DNA of 63,977 nucleotides, filler included, from an uncultured bacterium (GCA_964637655.1; 4 parts of 4 records of this genome joined end to end with filler, not necessarily neighbours in it); one strand, 5' to 3'. Counted from the first letter of the whole stretch, positions 1-9,284 are shown. The notes: a model not told the origin generated them from the sequence alone. Made by a program: numbers and translations.

Positions 1-399
1 CAGGTCGGCGGGAACGGTCGGTTCCGTCCGCAGGCAGCCGCTGGCGCCGGCCAGCAGCCGCGCGACGGCGCCGTGCACCGGCCCGACGACCACCGCGTCA
101 AACTCCGGCAGGTCGGCGAGCGACGGGTCGGCGAGCGCATGGTGTCCGCCGATGATGGTGCGCAGCGCGGGCCGCCGCTGCTTCAGCTCGCGGCAGATGG
201 CGCGGGCCGCGGGGATAAAGGCGGTCAGTGGCGACAGGCAGACGGCATCGGGCGCCCAGGCCAGTACCGCGCCGGCCACCTCCTCCCCCATCTCCGCGTC
301 GAAGAACCTGATGTCCTGCCCGCCGGCCAGCAGCGCTCCGCCGACGAAGAGCAGGCCGTAGCTCTCCTCGTTGCCGAACGCGACCAGGGCGAACTTCAT
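1..399 (-). CDS. Cobalamin-binding domain protein, probably B12-dependent radical SAM (N-terminal part; runs off window edge)
   Basis: Manual translation from ATG at 399: MKFALVAFGNEESYGLLFVGGALLAGGQDIRFFDAE...PDAVCLSPLT...RTIIGGHHALADP...FDAVVVG. This matches the B12-binding domain layout (GGxHA motif). The CxxxCxxC motif would lie outside the window. Confidence 0.65.
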   Translation of the reverse strand, partial: MKFALVAFGNEESYGLLFVGGALLAGGQDIRFFDAEMGEEVAGAVLAWAPDAVCLSPLTAFIPAARAICRELKQRRPALRTIIGGHHALADPSLADLPEFDAVVVGPVHGAVARLLAGASGCLRTEPTVPADL

Positions 400-409
400 G
401 CGCGCCCGC

Positions 410-1585
410 TCACCCCGCCGCGTCACCGTACGCGCGCACCGCCGCGATGATGCGGGCGACCTCGTCGTCGCCGAGCCACCAGCCGACCGGGATGGAGACC
501 TGCTCGGCATCGAACTCGTCGACCCCGGGGAGCGGGCGGCGGAACGCCCGGCACATCGTGTGGGTGTCGTTGCGGGCGTGCACCCGCGACGCGGTGATCC
601 CCGCCCGGTCCAGCGCCGCGATGAACGCGGCGCGGTCCCGTACCCGCAACGTGTGGAGCCAGTAGGAGCTGAGCCGGTCCGGCTGGTAGCGCAGCAGCGC
701 CACCCGGCGCAGGCCCTGCAGGGCGTCGCGGTAGCGGGCCGCGTGGCGGCGCGTGCGCTCGAGGTTCGCCCCGACGTACCGCAGCTGCTCCAGCCCGATA
801 GTCGCCGCAACGTCATGCATGTGGTACTTGTCGCCGTACTCGACGATGTCCGCCTCGCAGCGCAGGTCGGTGCGCGGCGCCCGCCGGTCGATGCCGTACC
901 AGCGCAGCCGCCGGCCGCGGACGCAGTCGGCGGCGGACCGGCAGGTCAGCGCGCCGCCGTCCACCGTCGTCAGCTCCTTGATCGCCTGGAAGGAAAAGCA
1001 GCAGAAATCGCCGTGCGCACCGACGGGCTGCCCGCGGTACTGCGCCCCGAACGCGTGGCAGGCATCCTCAATCAGCGCGAGCCCGTGCGCCGCCGCCAGG
1101 TGCCCGAGTTCCGCGAGGTCGCACGGGTAACCGCCCCAGTGCACGCACAGGATGGCGCGGGTGCGGGCGGTGATCTTCTTCGCGACGTCGGCCGGGTCGA
1201 GGTTGCCGGTCCACGGGTCGATGTCGCCCCAGACGATCGTCGCCCCCCGCGCCAGCACCGGCACGTTGGTCGCCGCACAGGTCATCGGGGTGGAAATGAC
1301 CTCATCCCCCTGCCCGACCCCCGCCAGCCGCAGGGCGAGATGGATGGCGGCGGTGCCGGTGTTGAGCGTCAGGACATGGGGCGTGCCGAACCACGGCTGC
1401 AACTGCCGTTCGAACTCCTCAACCTGCGGCCCCTCGCCGAGGTAGCCGCCCAGCAGCACCCGGCGCAGCGGTTCCATGACGCTTTCCGGCATGAAGACGC
1501 GGAAGAGCGGGATGTTTTTCCCCTCGCCGGAAACGAGCCGGCGTACCGGGTCGGCGACGTCGTGTGCGTCCTGTCGTTCAGTCAT
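410..1585 (-). CDS. DegT/DnrJ/EryC1/StrS PLP-dependent sugar aminotransferase
   Basis: Motifs NTGTAAIHLAL, LIEDACHAFGA and CFSFQAIKELTTVDGGAL (PLP Lys). Start placed at ATG 1585, downstream of a sigma70-like promoter. Confidence 0.92.
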   Translation of the reverse strand: MTERQDAHDVADPVRRLVSGEGKNIPLFRVFMPESVMEPLRRVLLGGYLGEGPQVEEFERQLQPWFGTPHVLTLNTGTAAIHLALRLAGVGQGDEVISTPMTCAATNVPVLARGATIVWGDIDPWTGNLDPADVAKKITARTRAILCVHWGGYPCDLAELGHLAAAHGLALIEDACHAFGAQYRGQPVGAHGDFCCFSFQAIKELTTVDGGALTCRSAADCVRGRRLRWYGIDRRAPRTDLRCEADIVEYGDKYHMHDVAATIGLEQLRYVGANLERTRRHAARYRDALQGLRRVALLRYQPDRLSSYWLHTLRVRDRAAFIAALDRAGITASRVHARNDTHTMCRAFRRPLPGVDEFDAEQVSIPVGWWLGDDEVARIIAAVRAYGDAAG

Positions 1586-1606
1586 GGCCTGTCGGGTTCC
1601 GGCGTC

Positions 1607-1635
1607 AGTGTAGCACCATCCGCCACGACAGGCAA
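1607..1635 (-). promoter_or_regulatory. sigma70-type promoter for the aminotransferase/radical SAM genes
   Basis: Minus strand TTGCCT-N17-TACACT with TG extension (TGcTACACT). Confidence 0.55.
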
Positions 1636-1642
1636 CCGCGCG

Positions 1643-1671
1643 TTGACGCCACCTGCCGCCGCGTGTATGCT
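1643..1671 (+). promoter_or_regulatory. sigma70-type promoter, divergent, for GT4
   Basis: TTGACG(1643-1648)-N17-TATGCT(1666-1671). Confidence 0.6.
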
Positions 1672-1731
1672 CTGCGCTATGGACCCGTCCGCGGCCACTG
1701 TCCACCCCGCGCCGGCCGGCAGCGGCCGGCG

Positions 1732-3081
1732 ATGACCCGCCTGCTGCTCCTCTCGCACGAGGCGTTCGGCAGCCGCCTCGCCGGCCCGGCGATACGTTTC
1801 GCCGGGCTCGCCGGCGCCCTGCAGCGTGCCGGGCATGACGTGACGCTGTGCGGCAGCGCGGTCGCTACCGGTTCGCCCGCCGGCGGCGTGCCGCCGCGCG
1901 TGCTGCCGCGGGGGGCTGCGCTCCGCGCCCTCATCCGCGCGCACGACCTCGTCATCACCAGCGGCACCACGCTGACCCCGGCGGTGCGGCGCGCCGCCGG
2001 CAGCCGCGGCATCGTGCACGACCTGCTCATCCCCGTCTACTACGAATCACTGCTGAACCATCCCGTGGCCGGCGACACCGCGGCCGACGCCGCCCGGCGC
2101 CGGCACCTCGCCGTGCACCACCGCGACAAGCGCCGGCACCTGCTGCGCCAGCTGCCGCTCGCCGACCACTACCTCTGCGGCAGCGAGCGGCAGCGCGACA
2201 TGCTGCTCGGCTGGCTCGCCGCCGCGGGTGCCGTCGCCCATGAGCGGGGCAACGAGCGGCTGCCGGTGGACCGCCTCGTCAGCATCGTGCCGCCCGGCCT
2301 GCCGCCGGAACCGCCCCCCGCCGCGGGTGACAGGCGCCTGTTCCCCGGCTGCACCGAATCGGACACCGTCCTGCTCTGGTGGGGCTGCGCCTACGACTGG
2401 TACGACCTCGGGACAGTGCTGGCGGCACTGGCACACCTCGCGCCGCGACGCCCGGACATCAAGCTGGTCCTCGGCGCGGCGCAGGTGCCCGGGCAGGCGG
2501 CGGTGACCGGACAGATGGCACGGCTTGCCGCCCGCCCGGAATTCCGTCACCTGTTCGGGCGGAGCGTGCAGCTGCTCAATGACTGGGTCCCCTACGCGGA
2601 GCGCGGGCGCTACCTTGCCGCCGCTGACGCGGGCATCTACGCCCACCCGGCGACGCTGGAGAGCCATTTCGCCGTGCGCACGCGCTTCTACGATTACTTG
2701 TGGGCGGGGCTGCCGGTCATTGTCACCGCCGGCGACGTGTGCGGCGACGCGGTGCGCGACCGGCAGCTGGGCATCACCGTGCCGCCGGGCGATGCGCCGG
2801 CCTGGGCACAGGCCATGGTGCGGCTGGCGGACGACCGCGCATTCCGTGCCGCCTGCCGTGCGCACGCCGCCGCCGCGCGGGGCGCGTATGCCTGGGAGGT
2901 CGCGGTGCAGCCGCTGCTTCGGCTCTGCGGCGATCCGCCGTCCGGCCGCCATCCGCAGCCTGCCGGCGCTGCCGCGTATGCCGGGCACCTGCTCGGCCGG
3001 GCCGCGGCCGCGTGGCGCACGGGCGGCGGCGGCACGCTGCTGCGCAAGACCGCGCGGCACCTGGGCAAGCTGCGCCCCTGA
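1732..3081 (+). CDS. Glycosyltransferase family 4 (GT-B)
   Basis: Motifs MTRLLLLSHE...LAGPAIRF, GSERQRD, WVPYAERGRYLAAADAGI and ESHFAVRTRFYDYLWAGLPVI. Confidence 0.85.
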   Translation: MTRLLLLSHEAFGSRLAGPAIRFAGLAGALQRAGHDVTLCGSAVATGSPAGGVPPRVLPRGAALRALIRAHDLVITSGTTLTPAVRRAAGSRGIVHDLLIPVYYESLLNHPVAGDTAADAARRRHLAVHHRDKRRHLLRQLPLADHYLCGSERQRDMLLGWLAAAGAVAHERGNERLPVDRLVSIVPPGLPPEPPPAAGDRRLFPGCTESDTVLLWWGCAYDWYDLGTVLAALAHLAPRRPDIKLVLGAAQVPGQAAVTGQMARLAARPEFRHLFGRSVQLLNDWVPYAERGRYLAAADAGIYAHPATLESHFAVRTRFYDYLWAGLPVIVTAGDVCGDAVRDRQLGITVPPGDAPAWAQAMVRLADDRAFRAACRAHAAAARGAYAWEVAVQPLLRLCGDPPSGRHPQPAGAAAYAGHLLGRAAAAWRTGGGGTLLRKTARHLGKLRP

Positions 3082-3092
3082 CAGCGACTGCG

Positions 3093-3821
3093 TCAGGCCG
3101 GCGGCGGCGGGCGGTAGCTGGCGATGGCGGTCGCCGGGTCGGCGCAGACCACCGGGCGGCCCCGGTCGAGGTGCATGATCCGTCCGCAGAGGCGCGCGAG
3201 CTGCGGCAGGTCGTGCGCGGCGGCGAGGATGGTGGTGCCGCGGCGCGCCAGCTCATCGACCCGGCGCACGCACTTCTCCTGGAAGGCGAAGTCACCGACC
3301 GCCATAACCTCGTCCATCAGCAGGATCTCGTGATCGAGGTGAGCGGCGATGGCAAATCCCAGCCGCAGCATCATCCCCGACGAGTAGTGCTTGAGCGGTT
3401 CGTCAATCCACGCCTGCAGTTCCGCGAACTCGATGATGGCGGGCGCCAGCCGCGCAATCTCGCGGTTACTGTAGCCGAAAAGCGAGGCGTTGAGGTGGAT
3501 ATTGCGCCGTCCCGACAGTTCCGCACAGAACCCGGCCCCGAGTTCGAGCAGCGTTGACAGGCGCCCGTGCACGGTCACGCTCCCGGCCGTCGGGTAGTAG
3601 ATACCGGCGATCAGCTTCAGCAGCGTGCTCTTCCCCGCCCCGTTGGCACCGATGAATCCGAGCACCTCGCCGCGCGCCGCGGTGAAACTGACATCCGCCA
3701 GCGCATCGTAGGAGGCCGGTGCCGGCGCGCGCGCCAGCAGGCGCTGCTTGAGCGAACAGTTCCGTTCCGGGCACAGCGGGAAGCGCTTCCCGAGCCCGCG
3801 GACCTCGACCGCGACAGTCAT
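3093..3821 (-). CDS. wzt: Polysaccharide ABC exporter ATP-binding subunit (Wzt/RfbB/TagH type, no C-terminal CBM)
   Basis: Walker A GANGAGKSTLL, ELGAGF, YSSGM signature, Walker B LLMDE. ATG 3821 overlaps the wzm stop. Confidence 0.92.
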   Translation of the reverse strand: MTVAVEVRGLGKRFPLCPERNCSLKQRLLARAPAPASYDALADVSFTAARGEVLGFIGANGAGKSTLLKLIAGIYYPTAGSVTVHGRLSTLLELGAGFCAELSGRRNIHLNASLFGYSNREIARLAPAIIEFAELQAWIDEPLKHYSSGMMLRLGFAIAAHLDHEILLMDEVMAVGDFAFQEKCVRRVDELARRGTTILAAAHDLPQLARLCGRIMHLDRGRPVVCADPATAIASYRPPPPA

Positions 3822-4600
3822 ATCGCCTCGGCGATGCGCCCCTGGTAGCGGCGGTAGAACAGCCGACCGGCCAGCAGCGCCAGCAGTGCAAACCCGGCGA
3901 GCAGCAGCAGCGTCTGCACGCCCGGCGCCTTGCCGTAGATGAGCACGCGACGGTAGGCGGTGAGCAGCGGCACCAGGGGGTTGAGGTAGTAGAGCGGCAG
4001 CAGGTTCGCCGGCACCATGTCGATGGGGTAGAAGACCGGGGTGGCATAGAAACCGATGGCGAGCAGCACGTTGACCAGGTAGCTGACGTCGCGGTAGAAC
4101 GCCCCGAGCAGCGCGAGGATCGTTCCCGCCCCCAGCAGCAGCAGGAACTGGCAGAGGATGAGCAGCGGCAGCCAGAGGTAGTGCCACGTCGGCGCGATGC
4201 CGTCGCACCAGAGCAGGGGGAACAGCACCAGCAGCGAACAGCCGAAGGTGATGGCATGCGACGACAGCGCGGCCAGCGGCACGATAACGCGCGGAAAACT
4301 GATCTTGAGAATCAGCGACGGGCTCTCGCGGAACGAGTTGGCCGCCCCGGACAGCGCCGCCTGGACAAACTGCCACGGCAGCAGCCCGGCGAGCAGGAAG
4401 AGCGGATAGTGCGCGATGTTCAGCGCAAACCGCCCGATGATGCCGAACACCACCACGAACACCAGCATCATCAGCAGCGGGTTGAGGAACGACCAGGCGA
4501 ACCCGAGCAGCGTGTTGCGATGATGCAGGTCCTGGTCCTTGCGCACCAGGTTGACAAGCAGGGAGCGGTAGCGCCACAGGCGCCGTAGTCCGGCCGGCAT
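3818..4600 (-). CDS. wzm: Polysaccharide ABC exporter permease (Wzm)
   Basis: LGFAWSFLNPL, LILKISFPR, YRDVSY, FYATPVFYP and LNPL motifs; about 6 TM segments. Confidence 0.92.
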   Translation of the reverse strand: MPAGLRRLWRYRSLLVNLVRKDQDLHHRNTLLGFAWSFLNPLLMMLVFVVVFGIIGRFALNIAHYPLFLLAGLLPWQFVQAALSGAANSFRESPSLILKISFPRVIVPLAALSSHAITFGCSLLVLFPLLWCDGIAPTWHYLWLPLLILCQFLLLLGAGTILALLGAFYRDVSYLVNVLLAIGFYATPVFYPIDMVPANLLPLYYLNPLVPLLTAYRRVLIYGKAPGVQTLLLLAGFALLALLAGRLFYRRYQGRIAEAI

Positions 4601-4606
4601 TCGCGA

Positions 4607-6007
4607 TCAGTGGATAAGCGTAACGACCGGGGAGCTGTACTGCGGCGGCGAGGACACTGCCGACGGGTAGGTGATGAACGGTTTCGGCAGCGCGCGCGGC
4701 ATTGGCTCGTCGTTGAGCGTGAAGCCGACGGGAATGTTGTTCAGGTGGATATCGCCCGTCGTATACAGACCACCGTTGATGGTGAACGGAAAATCGGCGT
4801 CCTTGACATTATTGGCATGAAACAGCCCGTTGCACAGCACCGCACCGTTGATGACCGCCGGTCCGCGCAGGTGATTCAGGTGCATTTTCCCGTTGACCAT
4901 GAACACGGTCTGGTAATTGCCCGGGCTGATGGTGGCGTTGAGCCCGTTGAAATGCAGGTCGCCATCCATATAAAAACACCAGTTGCCGGTGATGATCGGA
5001 TCGCCGGCGCTGCCGTCAACTGACAGGGACCCGCCCCTGATGTAGAGCGTCCCGCCGTTGGTGTACTGGCTTCCCCATGCCGCCGGCGGAAAGATGCCGC
5101 TCAGGGTATAGTCGCCATCCACCACCTTGACCGTGCCCTGATAGAGTTCAGGGCTCACCTCCGGATTGGCGGGAAACGACCACGAAATGTCCGGGCTGGG
5201 ATAAATACCGCCACCCGCCACATACACCCCGGTCGTATCCACCCCGCTCGCCGCGCTCACCGTGCCGTACACTGAAGCGCTGTCATTGTTGGTGAAATCG
5301 AGGTTGCTCGTGTTGGCATGCATGTCGCCGTTGATGATGATCTGGTTGCCCCCGCGCACATTGTTGATCTTGATGGAGCCCCCCGCGTACATCCCGTGAA
5401 CGAACAGCGGAATGGCGGTGGGATTCTTGATATCAATGGTCCCCACTGAATAAAACGAACGGTGCTCGATGACCGCGCGGGCGATGGCGCTCGCGGTCAG
5501 GTCCTCGTCGCGTGACATCGTCCCTGACGCCCACCTGGTGCCCAATTCAACTTCGACAAAGTACTCGATAATCTCCCTGTCCCCTTCCTGCCGGGCGACA
5601 AACTTGGGGCTGACGCGGTTGATCGTCAGGTAGCCGCCGAAGTAATCGGCCGCGGCGCTGTTGCCGGCATTGCGCTGCACATACTCGCGCGCGGCATTCG
5701 CGGCGTAAGCGTCAACGCTGCTGGCATCCATCTCCGAGAGCACGTGGTAACCGACCGCGTAATTCTGTTCCTGCATCCACGGGCGCAGTTCGCCGGTGCT
5801 CTGGATGTAGGAGGCGGCCGAGACGCTCGGCACGTAGCTCGCCGCGTGCAGGGCGGTGTCATCCGCCAGTTTCTGCAGCGCCTGCTCGAGGTTGCTCTTG
5901 CGCAGGGAATCCTGCACGAAGAAAAAGAGCATGACCAGCAGGATGATGAAAAAGGCGCTGAGAATCATGAAGTTGCCGCGTTCGCGGCGGCGGTTCAGGC
6001 AGCGCAT
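4607..6007 (-). CDS. TadG-like pseudopilin/adhesin (Tad N-terminal domain plus predicted beta-helix)
   Basis: Basic leader RRRERG|NFMI followed by a hydrophobic helix, then LQKLADDTALHAA (Tad LQxAADAAALA-like motif). Repeated GD-[IL]-H-[FL]-N-N strands. RBS GAGGAGG. Confidence 0.7.
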   Translation of the reverse strand: MRCLNRRRERGNFMILSAFFIILLVMLFFFVQDSLRKSNLEQALQKLADDTALHAASYVPSVSAASYIQSTGELRPWMQEQNYAVGYHVLSEMDASSVDAYAANAAREYVQRNAGNSAAADYFGGYLTINRVSPKFVARQEGDREIIEYFVEVELGTRWASGTMSRDEDLTASAIARAVIEHRSFYSVGTIDIKNPTAIPLFVHGMYAGGSIKINNVRGGNQIIINGDMHANTSNLDFTNNDSASVYGTVSAASGVDTTGVYVAGGGIYPSPDISWSFPANPEVSPELYQGTVKVVDGDYTLSGIFPPAAWGSQYTNGGTLYIRGGSLSVDGSAGDPIITGNWCFYMDGDLHFNGLNATISPGNYQTVFMVNGKMHLNHLRGPAVINGAVLCNGLFHANNVKDADFPFTINGGLYTTGDIHLNNIPVGFTLNDEPMPRALPKPFITYPSAVSSPPQYSSPVVTLIH

Positions 6008-6017
6008 GCCGTCCTCC

Positions 6018-7478
6018 TCAATGTACCAGCATCACCCGCGGCGAGCTGTACTCGGGCGGGCAGGTAAATTCAACGGGGTAGACGACCCACGGCTCGGGGA
6101 GCACGTTTGGGGTCGGCTTGTGGATGATGCTCAGATTCTGTTTCATGTTGTTGAAGTACACATCGTCGCCGGAATAGATGCCGCCGAGAATGGTCAGCGG
6201 AGCGTCAGGCGAAGCGTCGTTGTTGATGTGAATGCCGTTCGCCGCATAGATGCTGCCATTGAGCGTCATCGGGGCGGCCGCTTTGAGGTTGTTGAGATGG
6301 ATATCGCCGCCGACCATGAAGAAAATCTCCGCCGAGGTATCGGCGCTGCTGGCATTCACCCCGAAGTTGTTGAAGTGCACGTCCTCGGTCACCGAGAAGC
6401 ACCAGTCCCCCTGAATATTGGCATCGTCAGCAGCGTTTCCCGTGCCGTTGAGGTGCAGCGAGCCGCCGCGGCAGTAGAGCGTGCCGCCGGTGATGGTCTC
6501 GCCGCTCACCGTGTGAAACAGGTCGTAGTACGGGTCGTCCGGGTCGTTCGGGGGAAATACGCCGTTCATGGAAAAATCCCCGTCGACGATGATAATCGGC
6601 TGGGTGAAGTTCTCGTCGTTGACCCCGGTCGGGAAGATCATCGGGGGCATTTCCTGCTTCGGGCTGGAATCACCGGTGAGCACCAGCCCTGACACCGTCA
6701 TCGAGTCGGTATTCTTGATCTCGACTTTTGTCCCGCCGCTGACGTCGCCGTCGACGATGACGATATTGTCATTCTGGAAGGTGACCACCTGCTCATTGGC
6801 ATGCACGTCCCCCTCGATGTAGAGTGTTTTCGAACAGGCGGTGAAGGTGACATCAGTCTTGGCATAGACCCCGTTGGCAAAGACCGGGATGACTGTCGGG
6901 TTGTCGTAGTCGGGGTTGCTGATGGAATAGAATGACTGGTAGTCGACAATCGCCTTGGCGATGGCGGTGGCCGTCACGTCGCCGCTGCCGGCAAGCAGCG
7001 ACGATCCCCACTTCGTCGCCAGTTCCACCTCGACGTAGTACTCGATAACCTCCTTGCCGTCCGCCTCCCGCCGCGCCACGACCTTGGGGCTGGCGCGCAG
7101 GATGCGCAGGTCGCCGCCGAAGTAGCCGCTGGCCGCGCTGTTCCCCGCGTTGCGCTGCACAAACTCGGTCACTGCCTGCTGCGCGCATGCATCGACATGC
7201 TGCGCGTTCTGCAGCGAGAGGACGTACGACCCTTCACCGTACCCCTGGTCGGAATGCCACCCCCTGACCTCGCCCGCCTGCAGGTAGGAGACCGCCTTGA
7301 AGCTCGGCACCTGCGCGGCCGCGTAGAGCGCCGTGTCGTCCGCCAGTTTCTGCAGATCCTGCTCGAGGTTGCTCTTGCGCAGCGAATCCTGCACGAAGTA
7401 CAGGATCAGCCCGAGCAAGATGAGCGAGAAGGCCCCGATGATCATGAAATTGCCCCGCTGCCGTTTCCGCGTGGTCAT
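6018..7478 (-). CDS. TadG-like pseudopilin/adhesin, paralog of 4607-6007
   Basis: MTTRKRQRG|NFMI, VQDSLRKSNLEQDLQKLADDTALYAA and shared FVQRNAGNSAA..YFGG; C-terminus PPEYSSPRVMLVH. RBS GGAGG. Confidence 0.7.
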   Translation of the reverse strand: MTTRKRQRGNFMIIGAFSLILLGLILYFVQDSLRKSNLEQDLQKLADDTALYAAAQVPSFKAVSYLQAGEVRGWHSDQGYGEGSYVLSLQNAQHVDACAQQAVTEFVQRNAGNSAASGYFGGDLRILRASPKVVARREADGKEVIEYYVEVELATKWGSSLLAGSGDVTATAIAKAIVDYQSFYSISNPDYDNPTVIPVFANGVYAKTDVTFTACSKTLYIEGDVHANEQVVTFQNDNIVIVDGDVSGGTKVEIKNTDSMTVSGLVLTGDSSPKQEMPPMIFPTGVNDENFTQPIIIVDGDFSMNGVFPPNDPDDPYYDLFHTVSGETITGGTLYCRGGSLHLNGTGNAADDANIQGDWCFSVTEDVHFNNFGVNASSADTSAEIFFMVGGDIHLNNLKAAAPMTLNGSIYAANGIHINNDASPDAPLTILGGIYSGDDVYFNNMKQNLSIIHKPTPNVLPEPWVVYPVEFTCPPEYSSPRVMLVH

Positions 7479-7491
7479 GGCCGCACCTCCG

Positions 7492-8328
7492 TCACATCGG
7501 ATGCAAGCGCGAGGGATGCTTGCGCCACTCGATATCGAACTTGTCTTCCTGCCCGTCGTTATTGCGGTCGTACTTGGCGTACATCCACCATTCTCCGGCG
7601 ACGGTGGCGGAATCGACGTCATCGTTCCACCCGTCGCCGTCATCGTCCAGGCCGGTCATGTCGACCACCCCGTGATCAACGTGCGAGTAGGGCACCCAGG
7701 TGACGCTGGTGTTCAGCGCGTAGAGCGCATGGTCGTACAGGCCGCAGTAGTACTCCTGTTCATACGTGTCGACGAGACCGTCGCGGTCGAGGTCGTTGCG
7801 GGTGGTGATACGCGCCTCCTGGACGATGGGGACCGACAGCGTCTGCGCATGGCCGATGAAAGGGATGGAGAACCCGATGGTGTAATCGAGCGACAGGCGG
7901 ATATGGTAGCCCTCGGCGCGGTACATGTAGGCGGCATCCTCCGTGGCGCGCGGGGTGAAATACTCGTAGTCCCTGGGATAGGGGGCGACTATGGAATAGT
8001 CGACACATTCCCGGTTGTGCACCTCGATACCGTTGATGCGGATGCCGTGCTGCACGTAACCGGTAATCAGCAGTTCCTGCATCTTGCCGACCAGGACCTC
8101 GCGGATGATGTCGTCCTGCGCCCCGTTGGCTGCCGCCCACGTCGCCTGGTGCACCGCGTTGGTCAGCACGGAATTGTTGTAGTACATCACGGTCAGTTCG
8201 AAAATGGCCAGCACGAGGGCCACAAGGATGATGATCATGAAGGCCAGTTCAACCATCGCCTGCCCGCGCTGGGCTCGCCGGGCGCGGACCGGGCCGCGGT
8301 CAGTGGACGGACGGGTCGTGTGGCGCAT
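7492..8328 (-). CDS. TadE-like pseudopilin with Asp-rich DxDxDG repeats
   Basis: QRG|QAMVEL prepilin site with Glu+5, hydrophobic helix, LTNAVHQATWAAA; DLDRDG, DDDGDG and DRNNDG repeats. Start uncertain (ATG 8328). Confidence 0.75.
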   Translation of the reverse strand: MRHTTRPSTDRGPVRARRAQRGQAMVELAFMIIILVALVLAIFELTVMYYNNSVLTNAVHQATWAAANGAQDDIIREVLVGKMQELLITGYVQHGIRINGIEVHNRECVDYSIVAPYPRDYEYFTPRATEDAAYMYRAEGYHIRLSLDYTIGFSIPFIGHAQTLSVPIVQEARITTRNDLDRDGLVDTYEQEYYCGLYDHALYALNTSVTWVPYSHVDHGVVDMTGLDDDGDGWNDDVDSATVAGEWWMYAKYDRNNDGQEDKFDIEWRKHPSRLHPM

Positions 8329-9241
8329 AGTCGTACACGTCCTGCCAGCCGTCATTGTCGACGTCGTATTTGAGCGAGACGCGGATCTCCGCGTCGCAAT
8401 CGCTGTTCTGCGGCACCTGCTGCGGGAAGATCTGGTTGGGGAAGACAGCGGAGTTATACCAGAGCGGCACGTGGAACCTGTTGTCAGTAATCCGCCGCGT
8501 CGCCACCCACTGTGTGTCAGCCATATGCGGGGCGCCGCTCCAGGTGTAGGTCCAGAGCCAGACCTCGCCGGTGGCCGCGGTGCGCACAATGGCACCGGTA
8601 TCGTACGCGTCGAGGATGCCGTCACCATCATCATCCTGGTCGTAGACCCAGTCGGTATCGCCGTCGATGGCCCCGTCATTGTCGTGGTCGTCAGCCCACT
8701 GTCCCTCGTAGGTGTCATCGCGCCCGTCGCGGTCCTCGTCATTGCCGCGCACGATGTACATCTCGTGGATGAGCGGGGTGGTGGCGACGATCTCCCCGAA
8801 CAGGCCGAGCGAGATGCCGAAGGTGTAATCCATCGAGATGCGCGCCTTGTGCCCGTCGACGAATTCCCCCCAGGTGTTCTCCGTGTCGGGCACCGGGTTG
8901 CGCTGCCGCACCAGCGAGTACTGCACGTTGCGGATGGCGAACTGGAAGAGCGGCAGCGGCAGGAGCTTATTGCTCAGTTGCGACTGCAGCGTCACCTGCA
9001 CCGCCGTGTCGCCGTAGCCGACCTTGCGCATCCCCCCGCCCCAGTTGGTCACCTCGGGGATATCCCGCATCTGCCCGATGGCGAACTGGCGCGACGCCTC
9101 GTAGCCGGCGCGCTGCAGGATGTTGTAGTTGTAGCCCCAGAGGATGATGGAAAGGCAGGCGAAGATAAAGAAGAAAAACACCACGAACATCATCGCAAAC
9201 TCGACCATCGACTGCCCGCGCTGGCTGCGATATGCGTGCAT
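8300..9241 (-). CDS. TadE-like pseudopilin with Asp-rich DxDxDG repeats
   Basis: SQRG|QSMVEFA prepilin site, hydrophobic helix, LQRAGYEASR (TadE AAREGAR-like); DEDRDG, DHDNDG, DDDGDG and DVDNDG repeats. Strong RBS AGGAGGAGG. Confidence 0.8.
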   Translation of the reverse strand: MHAYRSQRGQSMVEFAMMFVVFFFFIFACLSIILWGYNYNILQRAGYEASRQFAIGQMRDIPEVTNWGGGMRKVGYGDTAVQVTLQSQLSNKLLPLPLFQFAIRNVQYSLVRQRNPVPDTENTWGEFVDGHKARISMDYTFGISLGLFGEIVATTPLIHEMYIVRGNDEDRDGRDDTYEGQWADDHDNDGAIDGDTDWVYDQDDDGDGILDAYDTGAIVRTAATGEVWLWTYTWSGAPHMADTQWVATRRITDNRFHVPLWYNSAVFPNQIFPQQVPQNSDCDAEIRVSLKYDVDNDGWQDVYDYAPHDPSVH

Positions 9242-9266
9242 GGCGCCTCCTCCTGCCTCTTTCAGT

Positions 9267-9282
9267 AGCAAGGCGTATGCCA
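9267..9282 (-). promoter_or_regulatory. sigma54 (RpoN) -24/-12 promoter for the pseudopilin operon
   Basis: Minus strand TGGCATACGCCTTGCT = GG-N10-GC, near the consensus TGGCAC-N5-TTGCW, 25 nt upstream of the ATG at 9241 and next to a GAFTGA activator gene. Confidence 0.75.
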
Positions 9283-9284
9283 GT

